NCBI GenBank assembly: GCA_963555755.3
Contig: OY820905.2
Location: 2,848,001 to 2,912,000, forward strand
DNA: 64,000 nucleotides
Origin: Nitrospirales bacterium
GTDB lineage: Bacteria; Nitrospirota; Nitrospiria; Nitrospirales; UBA8639
Direction: 5' to 3'
Shown here in pieces: positions 8,770 through 17,633 of this stretch; the stretch's first letter is position 1; each line of letters starts with the position of its first letter. The notes beneath the pieces are model-generated. The model was not told the DNA's origin and made no database searches. It saw only the letters and a list, made by a program, of their open reading frames with translations. Made by a program: the position numbers and the translations under genes.

Positions 8770-10740
8770 ATGTCCATTTCCACTGAAGCATCAAAGGTCG
8801 GGGTTGCCACCATAGACGTGTCGGTATCCGGGGGCGAGGCCAAGTCTTTCCCTTCCGGTATTACCGCGAGAGAGGTATTGCAACACTGTGGCGTAGACCG
8901 ACCCGATGTGTTTGCAGTTTCAGTTGACCGGGTGCCCATGGATTTGTCGATACCCCTGACTCAAAGTGGTTCTCTCGAACCTATCAGTTTTTCCTCCCCC
9001 GAAGGCAAAGACATTTATCGACATAGTAGCACGCATATTATGGCCCAAGCCGTAAAGGATGTCTTTCCCACAGCCAATATCACGATTGGTCCGGCGATTG
9101 AAGAAGGCTTTTTTTACGACTTCGCCTTTGAACGGCCCTTTACTCCAGAAGATTTGGAAAAAATCGAGGCGCGCGCCCACGAAATCATGAAAGCTGATTT
9201 GCCCATCAAGCGGCTGGAAATGTCGAAGGACGAGGCGGTTCAGTTTTTTGAGAACAAGAAGGAAGCCTTCAAGGTCGAAATCATCAAACAGATTGAAGAT
9301 GACCGGGTGTCGCTCTATCAACAAGGAGATTTTGTTGACCTGTGTCGTGGCCCTCATGTGGGTTCAACGGGCCAGGTGAAAGCGCTCAAGCTCCTGACGA
9401 GTGCTGGTGCCTATTGGCGAGGCGATGAACGGAATCCCATGCTGCAGCGTATTTATGGGACGTCCTTTCCCACGCAATCCGAGCTGGATGACCACCTCGC
9501 GAACTTGGAGGAAATCAAGAAACGTGACCATCGTAAATTAGGCAAAGAACTGGATCTCTTTAGCGTTCAAGATGAAACCGGTCCCGGGTTGATTCTCTGG
9601 CATCCCAAGGGAGCCATGATTCGTTTGTTGATTGAAAACTTTTGGCGAGATGAGCATGTGAAAAATGGGTATGAGTTGGTCTATTCCCCGCACGTTGCCC
9701 GATTGGATTTGTGGAAAACGAGTGGGCATGTGGATTACTACCGGGACAACATGTTTGCTCCTATGACCGTCGAAGGCAGTGAATATCAACTCAAACCCAT
9801 GAATTGCCCGTTTCATATCATGGTATATAAAACCCATCTGAGAAGTTACCGGGATTTGCCGATTCGCTATGGAGAGCTTGGGACGGTGTATCGGTATGAA
9901 CGATCAGGGGTGTTGCATGGCTTGATGAGGGTCCGGGGATTTACCCAAGATGACGCGCACATTTTCTGTCGTCCTGATCAAATTGAATCAGAAGTTCGAA
10001 AAGTCTTAGATTTTACCCTGTTTATTCTTCGCCGTTTTGGATTTACGGAATTTGAGTTGTACTTGTCCACGCGTCCGGAAAAGGCCGTGGGTGCTTTGGA
10101 TAAGTGGGAGCAAGCCACCGACGCGTTGGAATCGGCGCTCAAGAGTGGAGGTTTTTCCTATAAAATTGATCCTGGCGAAGGGGTGTTTTATGGGCCAAAG
10201 ATCGATCTGAAAATTCGAGATGCCTTGGGCCGAGCTTGGCAATGCTCCACCGTACAGATTGATTTTAACAATCCTGAACGATTTGGCTTGACGTATGTAG
10301 GCGAAGATGGGAAAACTCATCAGCCCATTATGATTCACCGGGCACTATTGGGATCAATTGAGCGCTTCTTTGGGATTTTGATTGAACATTATGCTGGCGC
10401 GTTCCCGACCTGGCTGGCGCCGGTTCAGGCCAAAATTTTGCCGATTACGGATAAACAGGCCGAGTATGCAGACCAAGTCCGCGACCAATTGCGTGATGCT
10501 GGATTCCGGGTTGAAGTCGATGACCGCAATGAGAAAATTGGCCTTAAAATTCGGGAAGCCGAAAAAGGAAAAATTCCGTACATGCTTGTCGTAGGGAAAC
10601 GAGAAAGTGAAGCCAAACAAGTGTCCGTCCGAAAGCGAAGTGAAGGGGACCTTGGGGTTATGAAGGTACAAGAGGTTATTGATCTTATTGGAAACGATAT
10701 GCCCATAGAAAAATTGACTACGTCGTCTAATCACGAATGA
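8770..10740 (+). CDS. thrS: Threonine--tRNA ligase
   Basis: TGS, HSSTH, DLCRGPH, KPMNCP, RVRGFTQDDAH, anticodon-binding domain. Confidence 0.98.
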   Translation: MSISTEASKVGVATIDVSVSGGEAKSFPSGITAREVLQHCGVDRPDVFAVSVDRVPMDLSIPLTQSGSLEPISFSSPEGKDIYRHSSTHIMAQAVKDVFPTANITIGPAIEEGFFYDFAFERPFTPEDLEKIEARAHEIMKADLPIKRLEMSKDEAVQFFENKKEAFKVEIIKQIEDDRVSLYQQGDFVDLCRGPHVGSTGQVKALKLLTSAGAYWRGDERNPMLQRIYGTSFPTQSELDDHLANLEEIKKRDHRKLGKELDLFSVQDETGPGLILWHPKGAMIRLLIENFWRDEHVKNGYELVYSPHVARLDLWKTSGHVDYYRDNMFAPMTVEGSEYQLKPMNCPFHIMVYKTHLRSYRDLPIRYGELGTVYRYERSGVLHGLMRVRGFTQDDAHIFCRPDQIESEVRKVLDFTLFILRRFGFTEFELYLSTRPEKAVGALDKWEQATDALESALKSGGFSYKIDPGEGVFYGPKIDLKIRDALGRAWQCSTVQIDFNNPERFGLTYVGEDGKTHQPIMIHRALLGSIERFFGILIEHYAGAFPTWLAPVQAKILPITDKQAEYADQVRDQLRDAGFRVEVDDRNEKIGLKIREAEKGKIPYMLVVGKRESEAKQVSVRKRSEGDLGVMKVQEVIDLIGNDMPIEKLTTSSNHE

Positions 10741-11258
10741 GTCGGCCCACGGTCGCAGCGAAACATCGAGTCAATCACCTTATTCGGGTTCCCGAAGTTC
10801 GGGTTATTGGCGCTGAAGGGGAGCAACTCGGCATCCTCAAAACCTCCGATGCCCTGAACCAGGCGAAGGAGGGTAGTTTTGATTTAGTGGAAGTTGCCCC
10901 CACGTCAGACCCTCCGGTTTGCCGGATCATGGATTTTGGGAAGTTTAAGTACGAACAAAGTAAAAAAGAACACAAGATTCGGCAGCACCAAAAATCAACG
11001 CAGGTCAAAGAAATTAAGCTCAGGCCACGAACGGACAAACACGATCTGGAAACCAAAATTCGTCAAATTCGAACCTTTATTGCCGAGGGGAATAAAACCA
11101 AAGTGACTGTGATGTTCCGTGGCCGCGAAATGGCCAATCAGGAACTGGGGCGGACGGCCATGGGAAAAATCATTGAAGAAGTCAATGAATTTGGCGTCAT
11201 TGAAAATCCACCCAGAATGGAAGGGCGCAATCTGTATATGATTGTTGCCCCAAAGTAA
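10737..11258 (+). CDS. infC: Translation initiation factor IF-3
   Basis: DLVEVAP, CRIMDFGKFKY, KEIKLRP, FRGRE. Confidence 0.97.
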   Translation: MSRPTVAAKHRVNHLIRVPEVRVIGAEGEQLGILKTSDALNQAKEGSFDLVEVAPTSDPPVCRIMDFGKFKYEQSKKEHKIRQHQKSTQVKEIKLRPRTDKHDLETKIRQIRTFIAEGNKTKVTVMFRGREMANQELGRTAMGKIIEEVNEFGVIENPPRMEGRNLYMIVAPK

Positions 11259-11366
11259 CTAACCGACGTGAAGCGTATCTCGTCGTTCGTACCTCGTGAA
11301 AGAACGAAATTCGAACTGCCTGATTCAGATCAAAATTTTTTGAGAATCTTGTAGAGGGAAAATGAG

Positions 11367-11570
11367 ATGGCACGACAGAAATTAAAAAATCATTCCGGCG
11401 CAGCGAAACGGTTTCATAAAACTGGAACTGGAAAGTTTATGCGGCGCAAGGCCGGCTTACGACATATCTTGACCAGCAAAACTCCCAAACAAAAAAGCCG
11501 GCTCAATGATTCGGTTGTGGTGGCCAAGCCAGAGCGATCGGCTCTTGCCCGGATGCTTCCCTATTTGTAA
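11367..11570 (+). CDS. rpmI: 50S ribosomal protein L35
   Basis: KLKNHSGAAKRF, RHILTSK; synteny. Confidence 0.96.
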   Translation: MARQKLKNHSGAAKRFHKTGTGKFMRRKAGLRHILTSKTPKQKSRLNDSVVVAKPERSALARMLPYL

Positions 11571-11649
11571 TGATGATCATCTTACTTTTTAAGAAAAAGC
11601 ACGGTCTCAAAAAATAGTTATAGATCACGGTTAGGAAGGAGAACGAGAA

Positions 11650-12018
11650 ATGCCACGCGTAAAAGGAGGCCCCCAAACCCGGCGCCGCAGGAAAAAAAGA
11701 CTGAAATTGGCGAAGGGACAATATGGGGCAAAGAGTAAGCTGTTTCGGACAGCTACCGAGTCGGTTGATAAAGGGCAGGCATATGCCTATACCGGTCGCA
11801 AGCATCGGAAACGAGATTTTCGCCGGTTGTGGATCACACGTATCTCCGCTGCCGTCAAGGCCCACGGTATATCATATAGCAAGTTCATGAATGCATTGAA
11901 GAACGCGAATGTGCTATTGAATCGTAAGATGCTGTCTGAAATGGCCATTCATGATGAAAGCGGGTTTAAGTCCCTGACGGATATGGCCAAAGCTGATTTT
12001 GCTAAAGCAGCTGCCTAA
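11650..12018 (+). CDS. rplT: 50S ribosomal protein L20
   Basis: MPRVK, RKRDFRRLWITRI, LNRKMLSEMA. Confidence 0.98.
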   Translation: MPRVKGGPQTRRRRKKRLKLAKGQYGAKSKLFRTATESVDKGQAYAYTGRKHRKRDFRRLWITRISAAVKAHGISYSKFMNALKNANVLLNRKMLSEMAIHDESGFKSLTDMAKADFAKAAA

Positions 12019-12025
12019 GTAAAAG

Positions 12026-12055
12026 TAATCCGTGATGTTCACGCATCACGGGTTA
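12026..12055 (+). terminator. Hairpin after rplT
   Basis: TAATCCGTGATG..CATCACGGGTTA stem; weak U-tract. Confidence 0.5.
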
Positions 12056-12107
12056 TTCCCCCCCAATCTTTCCTCACCAAGCCAGATGTCCTAACAACTA
12101 TCAAATT

Positions 12108-12203
12108 GTCATTCCCGACATTTTTTATCGGGAATTCAGCTTCGTTTTTTCTTTGTTCCAAGTGGGTTTCGTCAAAAAAAAGCGAACCTGGATTCCCGAT
12201 AAA
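12108..12203. repeat. GTCATTCCCG..CGGGAAT / CTGGATTCCCG REP-like doublet
   Basis: ATTCCCGA-N-TCGGGAAT palindrome with an inverted partner about 60 bp downstream. Confidence 0.6.
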
Positions 12204-12246
12204 ACCTTAGACGGTTAAGCTCCTCCTCTTGCAACTCTTGGATGAA

Positions 12247-12390
12247 TTAGTGGGCTGATTCGATTGTTTACTCGATATCGGCGGTGGTGAGGACAGTTGA
12301 GACGAAGGCGGCTTCGAATTATGAGGGGGCGAAGTAGGAGCGGCGTCCCAGCATTTTGTGAAAGAATTTGGGATGCCGAGTCGTATCTGA
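12247..12390 (-). pseudogene. hemL: C-terminal relic of glutamate-1-semialdehyde aminomutase (HemL)
   Basis: Manual translation SDTTRHPKFFHKMLGRRSYFAPS*FEAAFVSTVLTTADIE*TIESAH* matches the HemL C-terminal APSQFEA motif; in-frame stops. Confidence 0.75.
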
Positions 12391-12407
12391 CAGGGAGGAA
12401 ATGATGC

Positions 12408-12707
12408 TCACGCCAAAACTGGGTGTGTTTTGTAGGGTCGGACTTTGACTCGTGAGGCCTTTTTTCTGGCCTGGGCAAGGTCATAGGCTTGCTGCATGGC
12501 GAGCCAACTATCTGCTGTGCCCCATCTCATTTTTTCTAGGCGGATGGCCAGCTCAGGAGAAATCCCTGAACGTTGATTCACCACTTTAGATACTGTCAAC
12601 CGTGTTACACCTAATCGTTCAGCGGCCTCGGTAATCGTAAGTCCTAAATACTCAATACAATCCCTTTTGAGGAAACACCCTGGATGGGGTGGGTTTAACA
12701 TTCTCAT
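12408..12707 (-). CDS. higA: HigA family antitoxin (orphan)
   Basis: NPPHPG, AAERLGVTR, ISPELAIRL, WLAMQQAYDL. Confidence 0.9.
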   Translation of the reverse strand: MRMLNPPHPGCFLKRDCIEYLGLTITEAAERLGVTRLTVSKVVNQRSGISPELAIRLEKMRWGTADSWLAMQQAYDLAQARKKASRVKVRPYKTHPVLA

Positions 12708-12719
12708 GCTATGTTCTCC

Positions 12720-12755
12720 TTACTTTTTGCCATGGTAATCGAGGTAGTCGATGAA
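12720..12755 (-). pseudogene. Stub of a HigB toxin C-terminus
   Basis: FIDYLDYHGKK* just upstream of higA; HigB killer proteins typically end in DYH. Confidence 0.6.
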
Positions 12756-12885
12756 CTTTTGATACTAATCACCCTACCAAACTCTCAACAAAAGAGCTGA
12801 GCTCAAATCGCACTACTCCTAGAAAAAACCTATTTCCCAACATCGTAACCATTTTTTAACGTAACCCTTCTTTAAAATAGAGAAA

Positions 12886-12910
12886 ATTCTAGCTATACTC
12901 TAGCTAGAAT
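12886..12910 (+). promoter_or_regulatory. TA operator palindrome overlapping the -10 box
   Basis: ATTCTAGCTA-N5-TAGCTAGAAT; TATACT 9 nt before the ATG. Confidence 0.65.
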
Positions 12911-13202
12911 GCGATATGAGATAATATTGGCCCCCGAGGCTATCGAAGATTTACATCGCCTCAAAGCCAATATACGAACCACAGTTCGGGATGGGATTGA
13001 GAAACACCTTCGTCATCAACCCTTGAAGACGAGTAAGAGTCGAATTAAAAAGTTACAAGGAATCTCGCGTCCCCAATTTCGACTTCGCATTGATGAAGTT
13101 CGTGTGTTTTATGATGTGAATGAAGGAACCGTCGAAATTTTAGCCATCATTCCCAAATCCGAGACCCAAGAGTGGCTCAAGCAATATGGAGAGAAACCAT
13201 GA
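12909..13202 (+). CDS. RelE/ParE family toxin
   Basis: YEIILAPEAIEDL, FRLRIDEVRVFYDV. Confidence 0.88.
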   Translation: MRYEIILAPEAIEDLHRLKANIRTTVRDGIEKHLRHQPLKTSKSRIKKLQGISRPQFRLRIDEVRVFYDVNEGTVEILAIIPKSETQEWLKQYGEKP

Positions 13203-13444
13203 AGAAAATAGCCCTATCAGAAGTAAAAGATGATTTATCCAAATATCTACGGCTTGCTGAAAAAGAGGACATTATCATCACCCGGCATGGCAAACCTGCA
13301 GGCGTGTTGAAAGGGTTTGAATCAGAAGATGAGTGGTTCGATTATCGCCTTGAACATGATCCCCGATTTCTACAACGTGTTGAGAAAGCCAGACAAAGCC
13401 TACGAGCCGGGCGCGGGGTCAAACTAGAAGATAGCGAGAAATAA
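13199..13444 (+). CDS. Phd/YefM family antitoxin
   Basis: LSEVKDDLSKYL, IIITRHGKPAGVL; ATG overlaps the toxin stop. Confidence 0.88.
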   Translation: MKKIALSEVKDDLSKYLRLAEKEDIIITRHGKPAGVLKGFESEDEWFDYRLEHDPRFLQRVEKARQSLRAGRGVKLEDSEK

Positions 13445-13520
13445 ATCGCGACGATAAAAAACGGGTCTGTTACACTATTTTCTTCCATCGCTGGGTTAGT
13501 GTGTATTAAGCAGGTTTTTT

Positions 13521-13623
13521 ATATGCGGGGTTTCGCCCCCGCGCGACGAGGCACTTTTGTTTCGGCAAAAGTGCCCAAAACCATTTTCGCCCGTGCGCGG
13601 CCCCAAGGGGGTTCCTCCGCCTC
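13521..13623 (+). repeat. Repeat family D, truncated copy
   Basis: GCGGGGTTTCGCCCC..CTTTTGTTTCGGCAAAAG..CAAAACCATTTTCGCCCGTGCGCGGCCC; longer inverted copy at 16620-16816. Confidence 0.8.
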
Positions 13624-13746
13624 ACCCAAAGGCGGGTTAAGATCAACCCTTGCCATCCTCAACTAAACTTGTAACGACAGTAACGATAATCCAAAATATT
13701 TCACCTAGAACAAAAAACTTGAGCAAGGCAAGAACAGTTAGCCTGA

Positions 13747-15594
13747 CGGATCTTCCCCCGAGTTTTGGGCGGATTTTTGGCTCTAACCTTTTGATGTCAT
13801 TGAAGAAGTCACGGTTTGGGCGAGGCCACGTCTCTGCCTACACATGCACCTTGGCTGGCCGTGTGGTGGTGGCAGGCGGGGTGATCCCCAATGCGGCAAA
13901 GATGGTTGCCTGCCTAGCATCGGGGCGAGCCAGCTGAAGCACCTCCTGCCCGCCGATTGCATGGCGTTGGAAACACAATCGTGACAGGGCCCCCAGGGCG
14001 TCTTGAAGGGTCAGCGCCTGGGCGCTCTGCTCCGTCGTCCCAAACGCCTCCTTCAGGCCTCGCTCGCCTTCCCGGGCCACTTTCAGGGCGAGCATCGCGG
14101 CAAAGACATGGCCACGGGTGCGGCTCTCCTTCCGCACAAAGATGGGGCGCAGTTCGAGCAAGCCCGTCTTCATCGTCCGGAAGTCGCGTTCCACCCGTTG
14201 CAGGTCCCGGTACCGGGCATCCACCGTCGCGGCATCCATCGTGTCCCGAGCCACATCGGTTTCCAGCACCGAACAGCCATCCAACAGGGCCGCCTCGGCC
14301 TGCTTGGCCTCATCAATCTCGACCACAAGCTGGGTCCCCTGCAGGGCGAGGGTGGTGAAGGCGGAGAGCTTGTGCTTCTTGGCCCACTGGGTCAGCTGCC
14401 GCTGTCCCGCCGCCGGGGTGGCCCGCTTGGCCGTCTGAACAAACGCATTGCGCGCCGCGACCTTCTGCTGCAGTGTGGCCACTTTGTCCTGACGTCGCGT
14501 GGCCACCGTGTGGCGCAACGCCTCATTCCGCCGCAGGATCAGCCGACGAGACCCATCCTCCACTTCCTGTATCGTCTCATCAAACAAATTGAGTTGGAGC
14601 ACATCTTTCTTCAGCAAGGTGCGAATCTGCGGGTCAGTGAGGGCGGTGAGGTACTTGAGTCCCTGCTCGGTGAGGGCCGCCTTGCCTGCGGCTTTCACCA
14701 TCCCCCGATCCCCCACACACACGACGTCGGTGATCTTGAACTGGGTCTTGATCCGTTCAATCTGCTCGGCGACCGTGCGGGGATCCGCCGTATTCCCCTT
14801 GAACACCGTGACGGCCAGCGGCTCACCATCCGGCCCTGTCAGCAACCCAATCACAATCTGCTTCTTGTGCTTCTTGCCGTCCCGGTTATAGCCATACGCC
14901 GCCAGCTCATTCTTCTCCCCCTCAAAATAGGAGGAGGTCACGTCATAGAGCACCAAGACCGGGGGCTGGCCGGTCCGCTGGACAGAGGCCCGATACAGTT
15001 TCTTCTCGATGGCTTCTTGTTGGGTGCCCAACCAGTCTAAGGCCTCGTACAGGTCATTCTCGTCAAAGGCGGGCAATCCCAACACCTCAGCGACCGCATG
15101 ATCGGTGGCCCACCGCACGGCTGACAGCCGCGAACCCTGATGAGCCACTCGTGCCAGCACCAGGAACAGGGCGAGCTTGGCTACTCGTTTCGGACCCAAG
15201 GCCGACACCACTCCCACCCGTTGGGCCACCGCTTTCAGGGCGAAGAGGACGCCAAAGATCCGATCACTCACGGGGCCCGCCTCGTCTTCCGTTCCATCGA
15301 AATCCCCACGGAGGCAGCGCTTGAGCGCGTCTACGCGAGCCGGAGGCCACGAGGTCAGATTGGCCAGGGTCCGGGTCTTCACCTTGCCGCCCGCTCGGTA
15401 GCTTTCGCGCAATAAAATGGCGGGCGGGGAGGTGCGGTTAGGAACGGTGGCGATATACATGCTTTATGTATAGCATAAATAAAGCATTATAGTCAAGATA
15501 AAACAACAATTACATGCCTACATTCCAGAGAGCAATCCAATCTTTCCCTGAAGAATTCCAACAGCTTAGGTGGCAAACATGGGGGGAAGATCCG
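13747..15594 (-). mobile_element. IS1634 family insertion sequence
   Basis: 13-bp TIR CGGATCTTCCCCC; 5-bp TSD CCTGA (13742-13746, 15595-15599). Confidence 0.9.
13838..15460 (-). CDS. IS1634 family DDE transposase
   Basis: LLRESYR..KVKTRTLANL, YDVTSSYFEG, GYNRDGK, GDRGM, VERDFRTMK. Confidence 0.93.
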   Translation of the reverse strand: MYIATVPNRTSPPAILLRESYRAGGKVKTRTLANLTSWPPARVDALKRCLRGDFDGTEDEAGPVSDRIFGVLFALKAVAQRVGVVSALGPKRVAKLALFLVLARVAHQGSRLSAVRWATDHAVAEVLGLPAFDENDLYEALDWLGTQQEAIEKKLYRASVQRTGQPPVLVLYDVTSSYFEGEKNELAAYGYNRDGKKHKKQIVIGLLTGPDGEPLAVTVFKGNTADPRTVAEQIERIKTQFKITDVVCVGDRGMVKAAGKAALTEQGLKYLTALTDPQIRTLLKKDVLQLNLFDETIQEVEDGSRRLILRRNEALRHTVATRRQDKVATLQQKVAARNAFVQTAKRATPAAGQRQLTQWAKKHKLSAFTTLALQGTQLVVEIDEAKQAEAALLDGCSVLETDVARDTMDAATVDARYRDLQRVERDFRTMKTGLLELRPIFVRKESRTRGHVFAAMLALKVAREGERGLKEAFGTTEQSAQALTLQDALGALSRLCFQRHAIGGQEVLQLARPDARQATIFAALGITPPATTTRPAKVHV

Positions 15595-15620
15595 CCTGAT
15601 GAAGGAGGGCTAAATCTTAG

Positions 15621-15761
15621 GGGCACCTCTAAAAACCAGGCATTTTTTGTGAGGGCAAGGAAGCCGCACGCGGAAAACCGGAGTGTATGGGCGAATACAT
15701 GAGGATGTGAGCACGCGGCTGACGCCGCCATCACGGAAAAGGACGGTTTTTAGAGGTGCCC
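15621..15761. mobile_element. RPE-like MITE family C (141 bp)
   Basis: TIR GGGCACCTCTAAAAACC, TTAG duplicated; near-identical copies at 42676 and 57984. Confidence 0.9.
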
Positions 15762-15831
15762 TTAGGATAAATGTAACAAAAGAGGGCACTCAGTTACATT
15801 TCTGTCGTGGGCTGACAGGATGTGGTCTATC

Positions 15832-15900
15832 GCCTAACGTTGGCGCTGTGCCGCACACGGAGCAACGCGGAGTGTGTCGGTATAAGTGCCCTTGTTAGAG
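15832..15900 (-). other. Integron attC recombination site
   Basis: Minus strand CTCTAAC-AAGGG..CCGACACAC..GTGTGCGG..CCAAC-GTTAGGC, 69 bp, starting 5 bp after the stop codon. Confidence 0.8.
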
Positions 15901-15905
15901 TGCAT

Positions 15906-16313
15906 CTACTCAGACACTTTTTCTTTAAATGAGTGCTTTAACTCAAAACCTCTAACTATTACATAGGCGATTAATGCAAATATGAAAACAACTAAATACA
16001 TCCAAGCTATGGCCTGAAGTGTTTCAATGATGGTTCTATACACCTCCAGTGTCCATCTCTCTGCATTTAACTCCAAAACCTGAGCGTCCTTGTGTGGTGC
16101 ACTAATATATCTCTCTAGTTGATGAATACGTACACCACCTGAGATTCCAACAACATAGGCAGCGAAGGTCACATATCTGTGCCAAGCACTACTTATTGAG
16201 TCCTGAATTATTCGGCTGAAGATGGCCGCTATGGGCTTATCGAATATCTTTACAACGCCAAATGAGACGATAATTGCCAATGCGAATGTGACTAGCAGTA
16301 ATGTGAAAAACAT
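15906..16313 (-). CDS. Small membrane protein carried as an integron gene cassette (cassette 15838-16335)
   Basis: About 3 TM segments, AT-rich; flanked by GTTAGAGTGCAT and ATGCACTCTAAC. Confidence 0.85.
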   Translation of the reverse strand: MFFTLLLVTFALAIIVSFGVVKIFDKPIAAIFSRIIQDSISSAWHRYVTFAAYVVGISGGVRIHQLERYISAPHKDAQVLELNAERWTLEVYRTIIETLQAIAWMYLVVFIFALIAYVIVRGFELKHSFKEKVSE

Positions 16314-16329
16314 GTTTCCCTCATATGCA

Positions 16330-16497
16330 CTCTAACAATGATTAGATGGATCCGCATAAGATGCGGATCTTTGAGTTCCTGCCCGTATAACACCCCTCGG
16401 GATTTCTCGTCGAGGGTGTGTGTGAACTCCTTTAATATGCAACGACTGCCTACCCCTTCAGCCAGTTATCACTACCTCTTATGCGGATCGGCATACC
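16330..16497 (-). other. Putative attI-like region (no integrase in window)
   Basis: Ends in the GTT core at the cassette start; 12-bp inverted repeat GATCCGCATAAG (16349-16360 / 16478-16489); not attC-shaped. Confidence 0.5.
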
Positions 16498-16619
16498 ACC
16501 ATTTCCTTGCATGGGTGCTCTATAATCACCATACATATCTGCCTGTCTTTTCCCTTCCACGAGTTGGACGCAGCATCCCTACTCCCAATGTAAAACTCTG
16601 ATTTGTTTCTTGGATGACT

Positions 16620-16816
16620 TCTCGCCTTCGGGCGCGGCGGAGCCTCCGTACCGAATCGACCTCTCGGCGAGGGCTGTTTGAGTGGAGCGAGTTCCCTCGC
16701 CATCTTATTCGGTACGGAGGCGGAGGCACCCGCAGGGCCGCGCACGGGCGAAAATGGTTTTGGTTCCTTTTGCCGAAACAAAAGGGACTCGTCTGCAGGG
16801 GCGAAACCCTGCATAT
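16620..16816 (-). repeat. Repeat family D, long multi-hairpin copy
   Basis: Reverse complement matches 13521-13623. Confidence 0.8.
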
Positions 16817-16992
16817 AATAATTCTTGACGGAATACCCACCGTGGTGATTGGTGAATCTCGAAACGACAGTTAGAAATCTCAGAACCCTTCGACTGCTGC
16901 GGAAGCCGCAGCGCTCAAGGCGAACGGACTTTCGCATGCTTTGAAGTTTGAAGAAGAGTTAAAGGCATACGGGGAGGGGATTTCACAAAAAT

Positions 16993-17412
16993 TTAAATAA
17001 ACAGCGTGGTCTCTGCCCCTGCTGCCATGGCCAGAATGGCAGGAAGACCCATGACTTCGTCTACCGCATTGGCCACCGCATCTGAGTCCACGCCCATATA
17101 TTCAAGACCGGCACTACACGCCACGAGTCGAAAGTGGCCGACCTGTTTGGCTTCTTCAAACATCTCGGAAATTTGGGGAACCTTGCGCTCGGACAGTAAC
17201 CTCGCCACCTCATCATGATAGGCTTGATATTCGGGCGGGAAATCAATGGCATTGATGTTTCCTTCCGCTAGTTTCTTGATCGTCCAAAACAGTAAGACCA
17301 CCGTAACTTCTTTTCCCATGGCCGCCGCAGTGAGTCCTAGCGTCGCCACCTGATGCAATTTATCGTAGGTGGCGTTATGGGCGTAAATGATAAAACGTGG
17401 CGGGGAACTCAT
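16993..17412 (-). CDS. DsrE/DsrF-like (DrsE_2) protein
   Basis: TYDKL, AAAMGKEVTV, VAC, AETTLFI. Confidence 0.8.
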   Translation of the reverse strand: MSSPPRFIIYAHNATYDKLHQVATLGLTAAAMGKEVTVVLLFWTIKKLAEGNINAIDFPPEYQAYHDEVARLLSERKVPQISEMFEEAKQVGHFRLVACSAGLEYMGVDSDAVANAVDEVMGLPAILAMAAGAETTLFI

Positions 17413-17633
17413 CGGATCAATCTCTTACCCTGGGAAGATGAAAGTGAGTAAAAAAAATGCTGAGGTGATTATAGCTTTGCCCCTCTTCCCTTGCAACAGA
17501 AGGAATTGAGTGGGGAAGGCAAAATTTGGATTTCGCAGTTGGAATGTGCTCCGCCGCTCATTGCTTGTGAAAGTACAAAATACAGACAACGAGCGACGAA
17601 ATAACACCTTAGGGTTCTCGCAAGAATACCTTA

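Noticed and set aside
14003..15040. 345-aa plus-strand ORF
   Set aside because: Antisense shadow of the GC-rich IS1634 transposase.
16479..16937. 152-aa ORF as a possible integrase remnant
   Set aside because: Mostly repeat family D; no tyrosine-recombinase motifs.
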